Counted from the first letter of the stretch, positions 1 through 8,560 are shown. The stretch: 29,469 bases of DNA from Candidatus Rokuibacteriota bacterium (GCA_044866005.1 JBIOTN010000247.1:1-29469), one strand, 5' to 3'. Notes: generated from the letters alone by a model not told the origin. Numbers and translations: made by a program.

Positions 1-32
1 CTTTTGCCGGCGCACCGGTCTGGGGGGAGGAA

Positions 33-61
33 TCGGAGGGGGCCGTCGAGGCCCCCTCCGA
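33..61. repeat. Perfect 12-bp inverted repeat (TCGGAGGGGGCC-gtcga-GGCCCCCTCCGA); REP-like hairpin or terminator just downstream of the 67..636 gene
   Basis: 33-44 is the exact reverse complement of 50-61, with a 5-nt loop. It lies 5 nt past the stop of the minus-strand gene. No clear U-tract. Confidence 0.7.
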
Positions 62-66
62 AGACT

Positions 67-636
67 TTAGGAGGCGCGGCGGCCGCGGTCGCGCTCTTCC
101 TCGCGCTCGCGGTCGTAGACGCGGACGTCGCGCTCGACGCGCGTGTCCACCCGATCCGGACGTCGGCTCAGACCGACGATCGCCGCGATCACCGCGACGA
201 CGACGATCAGGACAATCACCGCGCCGATCGGGCTGAGGCCGAAGATCCGGGTACCCTCGTCGGCCGCGCGCTCGCCGGGGGTGGCCGGCGCGCCCGGGGT
301 CGGGGCGCCGGGGGTCTCGGTCGAGCCGGCCGGCGGCGCCTGGGACGTCGCAGAGCTCGACGAGCTTCCGCTCGGCTGCTGGCCGGGCGCCGGCGCCGGG
401 CTACCGCCCTGCGACGTGGCACTCGAGGACGACGACGTGTCGGGTGGCGCGGGCGCCGTGCCCGACGGGCTCGTGGCCACGCTGCCGGACGCCGAGCTGC
501 CCTGCGGGCCGGTCTGCAGGCTACCCGACGTGGAGCCGCTCGGCTGAGAGGTCGGGGGCGCGCTCGTCTGAGCCCAGGCGCTCGAGATGCCAACCGCGAG
601 GGCGAGGACGAGCATGAGCGTGAGCATGGTTTTCAT
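67..636 (-). CDS. Hypothetical single-pass membrane protein: signal peptide, Ser/Pro/Thr/Gly-rich disordered stalk, C-terminal TM helix, charged tail
   Basis: MKTMLTLMLVLALAVGISSAWA-Q signal peptide; SSSSSATSQ occurs twice; TM IGAVIVLIVVVAVIAAIVGL; strong SD GGAGGTGA at 647..640. Confidence 0.8.
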   Translation of the reverse strand: MKTMLTLMLVLALAVGISSAWAQTSAPPTSQPSGSTSGSLQTGPQGSSASGSVATSPSGTAPAPPDTSSSSSATSQGGSPAPAPGQQPSGSSSSSATSQAPPAGSTETPGAPTPGAPATPGERAADEGTRIFGLSPIGAVIVLIVVVAVIAAIVGLSRRPDRVDTRVERDVRVYDREREEERDRGRRAS

Positions 637-662
637 GGGTCACCTCCGGACAGACTCGTCAA

Positions 663-678
663 AGCAATGCAAATGCCA
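663..678 (-). promoter_or_regulatory. Sigma-54 (-24/-12) promoter for the 67..636 gene
   Basis: Minus strand reads TGGCATTTGCATTGCT = GG-N10-GC, matching TGGCAC-N5-TTGCW. It is an AT-rich patch in GC-rich DNA, 26 nt upstream of the ATG. Confidence 0.75.
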
Positions 679-816
679 GCCGACGGCGCCCCACGCCCCG
701 GTCTGCGGCCGGTCCCGAGCCACGGCGCGGCACGCGCGGCTGGACGGGCGACGCGGAACCGGACACTGACACTGTCGGCGGGCCATCCCGGGCGATCCGG
801 GCGGGCGGTGCGCCCG

Positions 817-846
817 TTGACAGCGGGGGGTCGTCTCGGGAATGAT
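817..846 (+). promoter_or_regulatory. Putative sigma-70 promoter for the 915..1247 gene (and possibly lolA-yajQ)
   Basis: TTGACA (817-822), N18, AATGAT (841-846). Confidence 0.45.
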
Positions 847-914
847 GAAGGGGCCCGACGGCATGCTGATCCGCCGTCGGCGACGAGGAAGCGGATGAGC
901 ACGGGATGGAGGGC

Positions 915-1247
915 ATGAGGCTCAGTGAGTTCTTGCGCGGGAACGGACGCCGGCAGGCGTTCGGCGTGCTCACGGAGGGCGATTCCGCGTGCGCCGTCGC
1001 CCAGATCTTCGAGCAGGCGTTCGGGGTGCCGGTCGATCGCGTGGGGATCAGCCGCGAGAGCCAGCTCTTGCGCTCCGTGCTCCGCGCCTACCGCGTGGAC
1101 ATCCCGCCGCGCCGCGAGACCTGCCGGAAGTGCTACCTGCCGTTCCAGCTCCCCGACCAGCTTTCCGGCTACCTGATCCACTTGAACGATGCGCACCTCG
1201 CGCCGAAGCACGTCATCATCGAGGCCCTCGAAGAGCTCGGTCTCTGA
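915..1247 (+). CDS. Small hypothetical protein with C-x2-C-x15-H-x4-H putative Zn site (alternative start 906)
   Basis: High-GC3 coding-like codon usage; CRKC...HLNDAH motif; GGAGG at 908-912. Confidence 0.7.
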   Translation: MRLSEFLRGNGRRQAFGVLTEGDSACAVAQIFEQAFGVPVDRVGISRESQLLRSVLRAYRVDIPPRRETCRKCYLPFQLPDQLSGYLIHLNDAHLAPKHVIIEALEELGL

Positions 1248-1941
1248 CGCGCGCGCCGGTTTCGGCCGGCTGCTCCTCCTCCCGCTCCTGCTGCTCTCGC
1301 TGACCCGCCCGGCCGCCGCGGCCGCGCCGGCGGCCCCCAGCCTCGACGACGCCCTCCGGCAGGTGGAGGGAGCCTATCGCCGGGTCACCGATCTCCGCGC
1401 CCGCTTCGAGCAGGCCGCCTTCAACCGGACCCTCAACCAGACCGTCCAGGCCAAGGGGACCTTCTACCTGAAGAAGCCGGGCAAGCTGCGCTGGGAGTAC
1501 GCGACGCCCACGCCGCAAGAGATCGTCTCGGACGGCCAGCGGCTGTGGGTCTACACGCCCGAGCTCAAGCAGGTCAACGTCGCGGCCGCCCCCGAGGCCC
1601 TGGCCGGCCCCGCCGGGAGCTTCCTCCAGGGCCTCGGCCAGGTGCGCGAGCACTTCCAGGCGCGCTTCCTGAACCCGGCCCAGCCCCTCGACCCGGACGG
1701 GCTCGTCGTCCTCGACCTCACGCCGAAGCGCCCGGAGCCGTTGCTGGCGCGGCTCATCCTGGCCGTGGACCCGAAGAGCTGGCTGGCCCGGAAGGCGGTC
1801 CTCTACGACGAGCTCGGCAACACGGTCACGCTGCGCTTCGTGGAGGTGGCGGTGAACCCCGGGCTGCCGGACACGCTCTTCGCGTTCGTGCCGCCGCCGG
1901 GGGTCGCCGTGGTCCCGACCCCGGGCCTCGCGAATCCCTAG
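1189..1941 (+). CDS. lolA: Outer-membrane lipoprotein carrier protein LolA (start codon uncertain)
   Basis: Signal peptide LLLLPLLLLSLTRPAAAAA. LolA motifs: ARFEQ...GTFYLKKPGKLRWEYATP.PQEIVSDGQRLWVYTPELKQV and the C-terminal FAFVPPPGVAVV. Confidence 0.9.
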   Translation: MRTSRRSTSSSRPSKSSVSDARAGFGRLLLLPLLLLSLTRPAAAAAPAAPSLDDALRQVEGAYRRVTDLRARFEQAAFNRTLNQTVQAKGTFYLKKPGKLRWEYATPTPQEIVSDGQRLWVYTPELKQVNVAAAPEALAGPAGSFLQGLGQVREHFQARFLNPAQPLDPDGLVVLDLTPKRPEPLLARLILAVDPKSWLARKAVLYDELGNTVTLRFVEVAVNPGLPDTLFAFVPPPGVAVVPTPGLANP

Positions 1942-1957
1942 ACCGGGCGGCCCGCTC

Positions 1958-2458
1958 GTGGCCAAGGGCGAGAATTCCTTCGACGTCGCCTGCAAGGTGG
2001 ACATGCAGGCCGTGTCCGATGCCGTCCACCAGGCCACGCGCGAGATCGGGACCCGCTACGACCTCAAGCAGACGAAGAGCCAGCTCACGGTCGAGCCGGA
2101 GGAGATCGTGGTCCTCGCGGACAACGACTACGTGCTGAAGCAGGTGATCGACCTGCTCCAGTCGAAGCTCCACCGCCGCGGCGTCCCGCTGCGGGCGCTC
2201 GCCTACGGCAAGGTGGAGTCGGCCGCCGGCGGCACGGTCCGCCAGCGGATCGGCATCCAGCAGGGCATCCCGATGGAGAAGGCCAAGGAGATCGTGCGCC
2301 TGATCAAGGACACGAAGCTGAGGGTCCAGGCCCAGATCCAGGAGGACCACGTCCGCGTCTTCGGCAAGAACAAGGACGACCTCCAGGCCGTCATCAAGCT
2401 GCTCCGGGACCGGGACCTCGGCATCGAGATGCAGTTCACCAACTATCGGTCGGAGTAG
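1958..2458 (+). CDS. yajQ: YajQ family nucleotide/c-di-GMP-binding protein
   Basis: NSFDV.C.VD, TRYDLK, QQGIP.EKAKEIVRLIKD.KLRVQAQIQEDHVRV.GKNKDDLQ, QFTNYR. Confidence 0.95.
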   Translation: MAKGENSFDVACKVDMQAVSDAVHQATREIGTRYDLKQTKSQLTVEPEEIVVLADNDYVLKQVIDLLQSKLHRRGVPLRALAYGKVESAAGGTVRQRIGIQQGIPMEKAKEIVRLIKDTKLRVQAQIQEDHVRVFGKNKDDLQAVIKLLRDRDLGIEMQFTNYRSE

Positions 2459-2494
2459 CCGCCGGAGGGGCCTGGTCGCGGCGGCCGGGCGGTC

Positions 2495-3139
2495 CTACGG
2501 CCGCTCGCGGAGGAGCGCCTGGATGTCGAGGGAGGCCTGGCGCTCGTCGAAGAAGGCCAGGCTGTAAATCTCCCGCACGCGTCCCGCCTGGTCGACGAGG
2601 TGCAGGCGTGCCGGATGCTCGATCTCCCCGCCTCGCTGCGGCCGGGTCCACTCGTCGTACGCCGCCAGGACCGGCTGGAGCTGCTCCGGGCTCTCGCGCA
2701 GGAACCGCCAGCCGGCCGGGTCGGCGTCGAAGCCGCTCGCGTAGTGGCGGAGCACGCGGGCCGTGTCCCGTTCCGGCGCGACCGTGATCGACAGGAGCGC
2801 GACGCGGGCGGGGAAGAGGCCGGCCCGCCGCAGCCGCGTCTGGAGGGCCGCCATCCGCTGGGTCACGAGCGGGCAGGCCGCGGGGCACGCGGTGTAGATG
2901 AAGGACAGCAGCACGACACGTCCGCGGAGGCCGGAGAGGCGCACCGTCCGGCCCTGCGGGTCGAGGAGCGCGAAGTCGGGGGCGGGCCGGATCACGCCCA
3001 GGCTCGGGTGGGGGGCGATCCGGCGTTCGTCGGGGTCGCGGACCGGCGGCGGCCGCTCGTGCGCGTGTCCGGGCGGCACGGGCGGCGCCAGCGCCAGCGC
3101 CCCGACGACCAGCGTGACGACCAGACGAGGGGCGGTCAC
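2495..3139 (-). CDS. SCO1/SenC family copper chaperone (exported)
   Basis: APDFALLD..GR, FIYTACPAACP (CxxxC), SITVAPERDT, conserved His in EHPARLHLVD; N-terminal hydrophobic signal; starts 7 nt after the SBP56 stop. Confidence 0.92.
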   Translation of the reverse strand: MTAPRLVVTLVVGALALAPPVPPGHAHERPPPVRDPDERRIAPHPSLGVIRPAPDFALLDPQGRTVRLSGLRGRVVLLSFIYTACPAACPLVTQRMAALQTRLRRAGLFPARVALLSITVAPERDTARVLRHYASGFDADPAGWRFLRESPEQLQPVLAAYDEWTRPQRGGEIEHPARLHLVDQAGRVREIYSLAFFDERQASLDIQALLRERP

Positions 3140-3146
3140 CGGGCCG

Positions 3147-4358
3147 TCAGTTGAGCAGCATGTCGTGGGCTCGCGCCGGGCCGGAGGGGAAGCGCGTGAA
3201 GTCCACGTCGAAGAAGGGGTCCATCTTCAGGCGGCCGTCCGGGCCGATGTGCACGAGCCGGACCCAGAAATTTCCCGAGTAGTCCATGGTGGAGAGGAGC
3301 GAGTTCGTGACGTACATCCGCTTGCCGTCCGGGGTCACGTGCATCATGTTCGGCGAGACGCCCGGGGCGACCGTGTCGTGAAGGCGCGGCTTGTCGGGCC
3401 TGGAGGCGTCCCACGCCTGGATCTCGCTCCGCATGAAGCACGACACGTAGAGGAACCGATCGTCCGGCGACTGGCGGAGGTCCGCCGGCAGGCAGCCCTT
3501 GCCCAGGTCCGCCACCTTGCTGGTCGCGAAGCGCCCGTCCTTCTCCTGCTTGAAGAACCAGATGGAGTCTCCCAGCGCCGAGTTCGTCCAGCCGTAGGCG
3601 GCCCCGGGCTTGAGGCTCCACCGGACCTCGAGCGGGACCGGATCGGTGGTGAGGGTCTGGAGGATCTTCCGCTCCTTGAAGTCCCACACGAGCAGCGTGT
3701 TGCCGCCGTCCTTCATGTCCCACTGGGCGAGCGGCTTCCGGTAGTTCCGGAACGGCGTGAAGCTCGAGGTGATCATGCGGTTGATGTCGGGCTTCACCGC
3801 GACGTCGTAGGCGTAGGGCGCGTTGGCGGGATTCTTCCACGTCCGGATCAGCTCGCCGTCGTTCGTGAACTCGGCCAGCCCGCCGGGCGGGTTGCCATCG
3901 GCCGAGGAGAGGAAGGTGAGGAGCATCCGGCCCGGGAGCGCGTAGTAGGTATGCGGGCCGTGGAGGCCGGTGAGCGCGGTGATGTCGTCGATGGTCTTGA
4001 CGATGCGCGGCTTGGCCGGGTCGGCCGCGACGTCGATGATGAACAGCCGCTTGCCGAAGAGCGTCCCGGCCCAGATCTTGGTGCGATCGTCGGTGAACCC
4101 CATGTGGTGGGGCTCGTTCCCCGCCGAGCCGAGGTCCATCGTGCCGAGGACTCGGCCGTAGGTGGGGGAGGCCAGGCTCACGTCCACGACGGCCAGGAAG
4201 TCGTTCTCCTTGGCGTCGGCGTCGACGGAGAAGACGTAGAGGTACTTCTCAGGCCCCGCCAGGCGCTTGACGTAGGGCGACAGACACGTCTCGCCGAAGA
4301 CGGCGTCAGCGCTGAACAGCACGGCGACCAGGCAGCCGAGACGAATCGAGCGTCGCAT
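3147..4358 (-). CDS. Selenium-binding protein SBP56 family / methanethiol oxidase (MtoX)-like secreted beta-propeller
   Basis: Signal peptide then ETCLSPY; DFLAVVDV...SPTYGRV, GNEPHHMGFTDDR, GPHTYYALPGRM, YAYDV, DGKRMYVTNSL, C-terminal RAHDM; SD AAAGGAGG. Confidence 0.9.
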   Translation of the reverse strand: MRRSIRLGCLVAVLFSADAVFGETCLSPYVKRLAGPEKYLYVFSVDADAKENDFLAVVDVSLASPTYGRVLGTMDLGSAGNEPHHMGFTDDRTKIWAGTLFGKRLFIIDVAADPAKPRIVKTIDDITALTGLHGPHTYYALPGRMLLTFLSSADGNPPGGLAEFTNDGELIRTWKNPANAPYAYDVAVKPDINRMITSSFTPFRNYRKPLAQWDMKDGGNTLLVWDFKERKILQTLTTDPVPLEVRWSLKPGAAYGWTNSALGDSIWFFKQEKDGRFATSKVADLGKGCLPADLRQSPDDRFLYVSCFMRSEIQAWDASRPDKPRLHDTVAPGVSPNMMHVTPDGKRMYVTNSLLSTMDYSGNFWVRLVHIGPDGRLKMDPFFDVDFTRFPSGPARAHDMLLN

Positions 4359-4492
4359 CCGCGATCCTCCTTTGCGGGGCCATCCGCGCTCGCCCAGGAC
4401 CGGTCGGTGGCCGACCAGCCCAATGATAGACCGAGGCCCCGCGCTTTGCCATGCCCGTCACGACGGCCAGCGGACCGGGCGGGAGGGCCGGC

Positions 4493-5281
4493 GTGACCGA
4501 GCAGATCGGCGACCTCTGGCTGGAGCACCGGCCACCCTCGGCGGGTCCCCGGCGCGGCCCGCTCCTCCTCGTCCACGGGATGTGGGGCGGGAGCTGGTAC
4601 TGGGCGAACTACGTCGGGCTCTTCGCCGCGGCCGGCTGGGACTGCTGGGCCCTGAACCTGCGCGGCCACCACGGGAGCCGCCCGGTCCCCGACGTCGGGC
4701 GCGTCCGCGTCCGCGACTACGTGGCCGACGTCCTCGCCGTCGTGGCGGCGGTCGGGGAGCCGGCGGTGATCGGCCACAGCATGGGCGGTCTCGTCGCGCA
4801 GAAGGCGGCCGAGACGACGGCCTTCCGTGCCGCGGTGTTTCTCACGAGCGCGCCACCGCGCGGGATCCTCGCCGTGCGCGGGCCGGTGCTCTGGCGGCTC
4901 CTGCCCTACACGCGCGCGCTCCTGGGCGGCCGTCCCTTCGTCCCGCGCCCGCGTGACGCCGAGGCGCTCTTCCTCAACAACCTGGCCCCCGACGTGCGGC
5001 GCGAGGCCTATGCCCGCCTCGTGCCGGAGTCCGGCCGGGCGGCGCGGGAGATGGCTCTGGGGCGCGTCGCCGTGGACGCCGCGCGCGTGCGCTGTCCGAC
5101 GTTGGTGGTGGGCGCCCTGCGCGACCGCATCACCCCGGTCGCCATCCAGCGGCGGATCGCCGCCAAGTACCGGAGCGACTACCGGGAGCTCGACGGGCAC
5201 GCCCACATGCCGATGATCGAGGCCGGATGGGACGCGGTCGGGCAGGAGCTCGCCGCCTGGCTCGCCAAGGTCACCGGGTGA
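4493..5281 (+). CDS. Alpha/beta-fold hydrolase (esterase/lysophospholipase-like)
   Basis: LLLVHGMWGG oxyanion loop, GHSMGG nucleophile elbow, Asp in GALRDRITP, His in GHAHM; GTG start with GGAGG SD (ORF track starts at 4451). Confidence 0.9.
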   Translation: MTEQIGDLWLEHRPPSAGPRRGPLLLVHGMWGGSWYWANYVGLFAAAGWDCWALNLRGHHGSRPVPDVGRVRVRDYVADVLAVVAAVGEPAVIGHSMGGLVAQKAAETTAFRAAVFLTSAPPRGILAVRGPVLWRLLPYTRALLGGRPFVPRPRDAEALFLNNLAPDVRREAYARLVPESGRAAREMALGRVAVDAARVRCPTLVVGALRDRITPVAIQRRIAAKYRSDYRELDGHAHMPMIEAGWDAVGQELAAWLAKVTG

Positions 5282-5306
5282 CGGCGGCGGGCGATCCGGT
5301 TATACT
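5278..5306 (+). promoter_or_regulatory. Putative sigma-70 promoter for the selenoprotein-TRAP operon
   Basis: GTGACG (5278-5283), N17, TATACT (5301-5306). Confidence 0.6.
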
Positions 5307-5360
5307 GGCCTCCCTCGAGTGCCGGGACCCATCCCGGCAAACCGCGGAGGAGAGTCGGCG

Positions 5361-7031
5361 ATGGCGTCGCTCACCGTGGTGAGCCCCGTGGCGATGACCG
5401 TGGAGCACTCCGTCAAGCCGGCGCCGCGCCCGGCGCGGCTCGACGGCCTCACCATCGGCCTCTACTGGAACATGAAGGCCGGCGGCGACGCTGCGCTGGA
5501 CCGCGTCGAGGCGCTCCTGCGGGCGCGCTCCCCGGGCGCGCGCTTCCGCCGGTACACGGGCTCGGTGGGCTGGCTCATGCGGCACTGCACGGCGGAGGAC
5601 GCCGACCGGATGGCCGCCGAGGTGCACGCGGTGGTCGGCACGACGAACGACTGAGGGTCCTGCACGTCGTGGGGGACCCACGACATGGTGGAGCTGGAGC
5701 GGCGGGGTGTCCCGACCGTGATCTTCACCGCGCAGGCCTTCGTGCACGACGCGGAGCGGAGCGCCGCGAGCTTCGGGCTGCCGGGGCTGCCGCTCGCCGT
5801 GATGCCGGTGCCGTTCACCAACCAGCGGCCCGACGCGATCCACCGGATGGTCGACGACGCCTTCGAGCAGGTGATCGCCGGCCTCACGCGGCCCGTCGCG
5901 CCGCCGCCCGCCGCGGCCGCCCCGGCGGCGGAGGAGCGGCTCACCTACGCGGGCGACGATCCGCTGGAGGCGTGGGAGCGCATGGGCCGGGACTTCCTGG
6001 CGCGCGGCTGGGGCGACGGCTTCCCCCTGGTCCCGCCGACCGTGCGGGCCGTCGAGGCCATGCTCGCCGGGACGGCGCGCGGTCCCGGCGACGTCGTCGC
6101 GACGCTCGAGCCGGGCTTCGGCCTCGCCACGGTGGAGAAGCTCGCGGTCAACGCGGTGATGGCCGGGTGTGGGCCCGGGCAGTTCCCGCTCCTGATCACG
6201 GCCGTGCGGTGCCTGGCCGAGCCGAAGATGTATCTCCGGAACAAGGCGATGTCGACCGGGCCCCACGCGCCGCTCGTCCTCGTCAACGGCCCGCAGGGCC
6301 GGGCCGCCGGCCTCAATGCGGGGATGTGCGCGCTCGGGCCCGGCGCGCCGTCCGCCGCCAACACGGTCCTGGGGCGGGCCGTCCGGCTCGTCATGATGAA
6401 CGTCGGCCACACCTACGTCGGCGTCTCGGACATGGACACGATCGGCTCGCCGCTCAAGTACGCGTGCTGCTGCGCCGAGAACGAGGCGGAGAGCCCCTGG
6501 GAGCCGTACCACGTGACGCGCGGCTTCTCGCCCGAGGCGAGCACGGTCACGGTGCACTTCGTCTACGGCCTCTGCGAGCTCCACGACTTCCGGAGCACGG
6601 CGCCCGCCGATCTGGTGGAGGTCTTCGCCACCGCCGCGACCAACGTGGCGCAGGTGGGGACCGGACTCTGGCTCATCGGGCGCCGCGCCGATCCCCGCTA
6701 CAAGACCGAGGAGAAGGAGCACAACACGCTCTTCGTGTGCCCCGAGCACGCCCAGATCTTCGCGCGCGCGGGGTGGGGGCGAGCGGAGCTCGCCGAGGCC
6801 CTCTACCGGCGCGCGCGCCTGCCGTTCCGCACGCTCATGCTCAACAAGGAGCCCAAGGCGTTCCACACCGCGCACCCGGAGCTCGGCTGGCTCGCCGACC
6901 ACCCCGAGCTGCCGCTCCCCATCGTCGAGGACCCGGGCTGCTTCGACATCGCGGTCGTCGGCGGCGCGGCGGGCCGCGGGGCCTACTTTTACGGCGCCGG
7001 CGAGCCCGTGACGCTGCCGGTCGAGGACTGA
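5361..7031 (+). CDS. UGSC-family selenoprotein, 556 aa, with Sec encoded by TGA 5652-5654 and fused to a large C-terminal domain (GWGDGFPLVPPT)
   Basis: ORFs 5319..5654 and 5685..7031 are in the same frame. Reading through gives ...VVGTTND-U-GSCTSWGTHDMVELERRGVPTV..., a UxxC motif typical of the UGSC family. A hairpin follows directly. ATG 5361 has SD GGAGGAG; there is no SD before 5685. Confidence 0.88.
5663..5690 (+). promoter_or_regulatory. Bacterial SECIS-like stem-loop
   Basis: GTCGTGGG (5666-5673) / GGA loop / CCCACGAC (5677-5684) forms a perfect 8-bp stem, extendable by CAC/GTG. The G-containing apical loop is about 20 nt after the UGA. Confidence 0.75.
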
Positions 7032-7062
7032 CCATCCCGCGCATCGCCGGGAGGAGAGGGAC

Positions 7063-8049
7063 ATGACGATCCGCATGCTCTGCCTGATCGCCGCGCTCGT
7101 GCTGGCGGACACGCCGTCCGCCCTGGCCCAGCCGCGGGAGCTGGTCATGGGGAACGTGAACCCCGCCAAGCACGGCACGACCCTGACGGCGCAGCAGTTC
7201 GCGGACAAGCTGGCCGAGCTGACCCAGGGCAAGGTGAAGGTCGTCCACCACCATTCCGGTGTCCTGGGCGGCGAGCGCGAGGTCGCCCAGCAGGTCCAGC
7301 TCGGCACCGTGGACCTGACGCCCGTCACGACGGCGCCGCTCTCGACGCTGGTGCCGGAGATGTCGATGTTCCAGCTCCCCTACCTCTTCCGGGACTACCA
7401 GCACGTCTATGCCGCGCTCGACGGGAGCGACACCATCCGGAAGTTCTACGAGCCCGTCCTCGACCGGAAAGGCTTCAAGCTCGTGGCGTTCATCGCCGCC
7501 GGTTATCGCGGGATCTACGGCCACTACCCGATCAACTCGATCGCGGACGTCAAGGGGAAGAAGGTGCGGGTGCAGGAGGACAAGATCCTGGTCGCCACCT
7601 TCAGGGCGCTCGGCATGATCCCCACCGCGATCGCGTTCCCGGAGGTGGCGACGTCCCTCCAGACGAAGGTGATCGACTTCGCAGAGGGCGGGATCAACAC
7701 CTTCTACCACAACAAGTTCTACGACATCGTGAAGCACGTCGCCGACGTGCGCCACACCCACCAGGCCGTCGCGCTGGTGATGTCCAAGGCCTCCTGGGCG
7801 AAGCAGGACGCGGCGACGCAGAAGGCGATCGTGGAGGCCGCCCGCCACGCCGAGCAGTGGAACCGCAAGTTCATCCTGGACGAGGACCGCGACATCCAGG
7901 ACCAGGTGCGCGCCAAGGGCGTGACCATCACCAAGCCCGATTCCGCCCCCTTCCGCGCCGCGACGAAGAGCGTCTACGACGAGTTCTTCGCGACCCCGGC
8001 CGGGAAGGACACCCAGAAGCTCGTCGATCACATCCTGAGCCTGAGGTAG
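7063..8049 (+). CDS. dctP: TRAP transporter substrate-binding protein (DctP family)
   Basis: Signal peptide; GVLGGEREV..QVQLG.VD, FQLPYLFRD, DVKGKKVRV (carboxylate-binding Arg), F.EVATSLQT.VID.AE. Confidence 0.93.
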   Translation: MTIRMLCLIAALVLADTPSALAQPRELVMGNVNPAKHGTTLTAQQFADKLAELTQGKVKVVHHHSGVLGGEREVAQQVQLGTVDLTPVTTAPLSTLVPEMSMFQLPYLFRDYQHVYAALDGSDTIRKFYEPVLDRKGFKLVAFIAAGYRGIYGHYPINSIADVKGKKVRVQEDKILVATFRALGMIPTAIAFPEVATSLQTKVIDFAEGGINTFYHNKFYDIVKHVADVRHTHQAVALVMSKASWAKQDAATQKAIVEAARHAEQWNRKFILDEDRDIQDQVRAKGVTITKPDSAPFRAATKSVYDEFFATPAGKDTQKLVDHILSLR

Positions 8050-8050
8050 C

Positions 8051-8560
8051 GTGCCGCCGGGCGACGCGCCGTTCGGCCGCTGGGGGGCCCGGGGCTACGA
8101 GGGGCTCGGCCTGCTCGGCGGTCTGATCCTCGCGGTCATGACCGCGGCCGTCTTCCTCCAGGTCGTTCTTCGCTACGTCTTCGCCTACGCGGTCGAGGGG
8201 CTCGACGAGGTTCCCCGGTACTGCTTCGTCTGGCTCGTGATGATCGGGGCCGCCGCGGCGATGTACCGCGGCGAGCACACCGCCCTCCACTACTTCCGGG
8301 ACCGGCTCTCCCCGCGCGGGCAGGCCGGGGCCCGGCTCGTCACGGAGGGCGCGGGCATGCTCCTCTTCCTCTCCTTCGTCCGGACGGGCTTCGTCCTCGT
8401 GCCGAACGCCCAGCTCCAGGAAAGCGCCGGCCTGGGCCTGCCCCTCGGCTACGTCTACGCCGCCATGCCGGTCGGCGCGGCGCTGATCCTGCTCCCGATG
8501 GCGTGGCGCTTCGTCGCGACGCTCGGGCAGTTCGCGGGCCAGTGGCCGAGACGCTCCTGA
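8051..8560 (+). CDS. dctQ: TRAP transporter small permease (DctQ)
   Basis: Four TM segments; FLQVVLRYVF, EVPRYCFVWLVMIGAA, GEH. Confidence 0.92.
   Translation: MPPGDAPFGRWGARGYEGLGLLGGLILAVMTAAVFLQVVLRYVFAYAVEGLDEVPRYCFVWLVMIGAAAAMYRGEHTALHYFRDRLSPRGQAGARLVTEGAGMLLFLSFVRTGFVLVPNAQLQESAGLGLPLGYVYAAMPVGAALILLPMAWRFVATLGQFAGQWPRRS

Noticed and set aside
838..900. Possible fluoride or other riboswitch upstream of the 915 gene
   Set aside because: There is only superficial GATGA/GCTGAT similarity; the required P1/pseudoknot pairings are absent. Only a simple hairpin (855-880) is supported.
5652..5654. TGA read as a true stop, giving two genes or a nonsense pseudogene
   Set aside because: The UGSC motif, same-frame continuation, adjacent SECIS-like hairpin and lack of an SD at 5685 favour selenocysteine.
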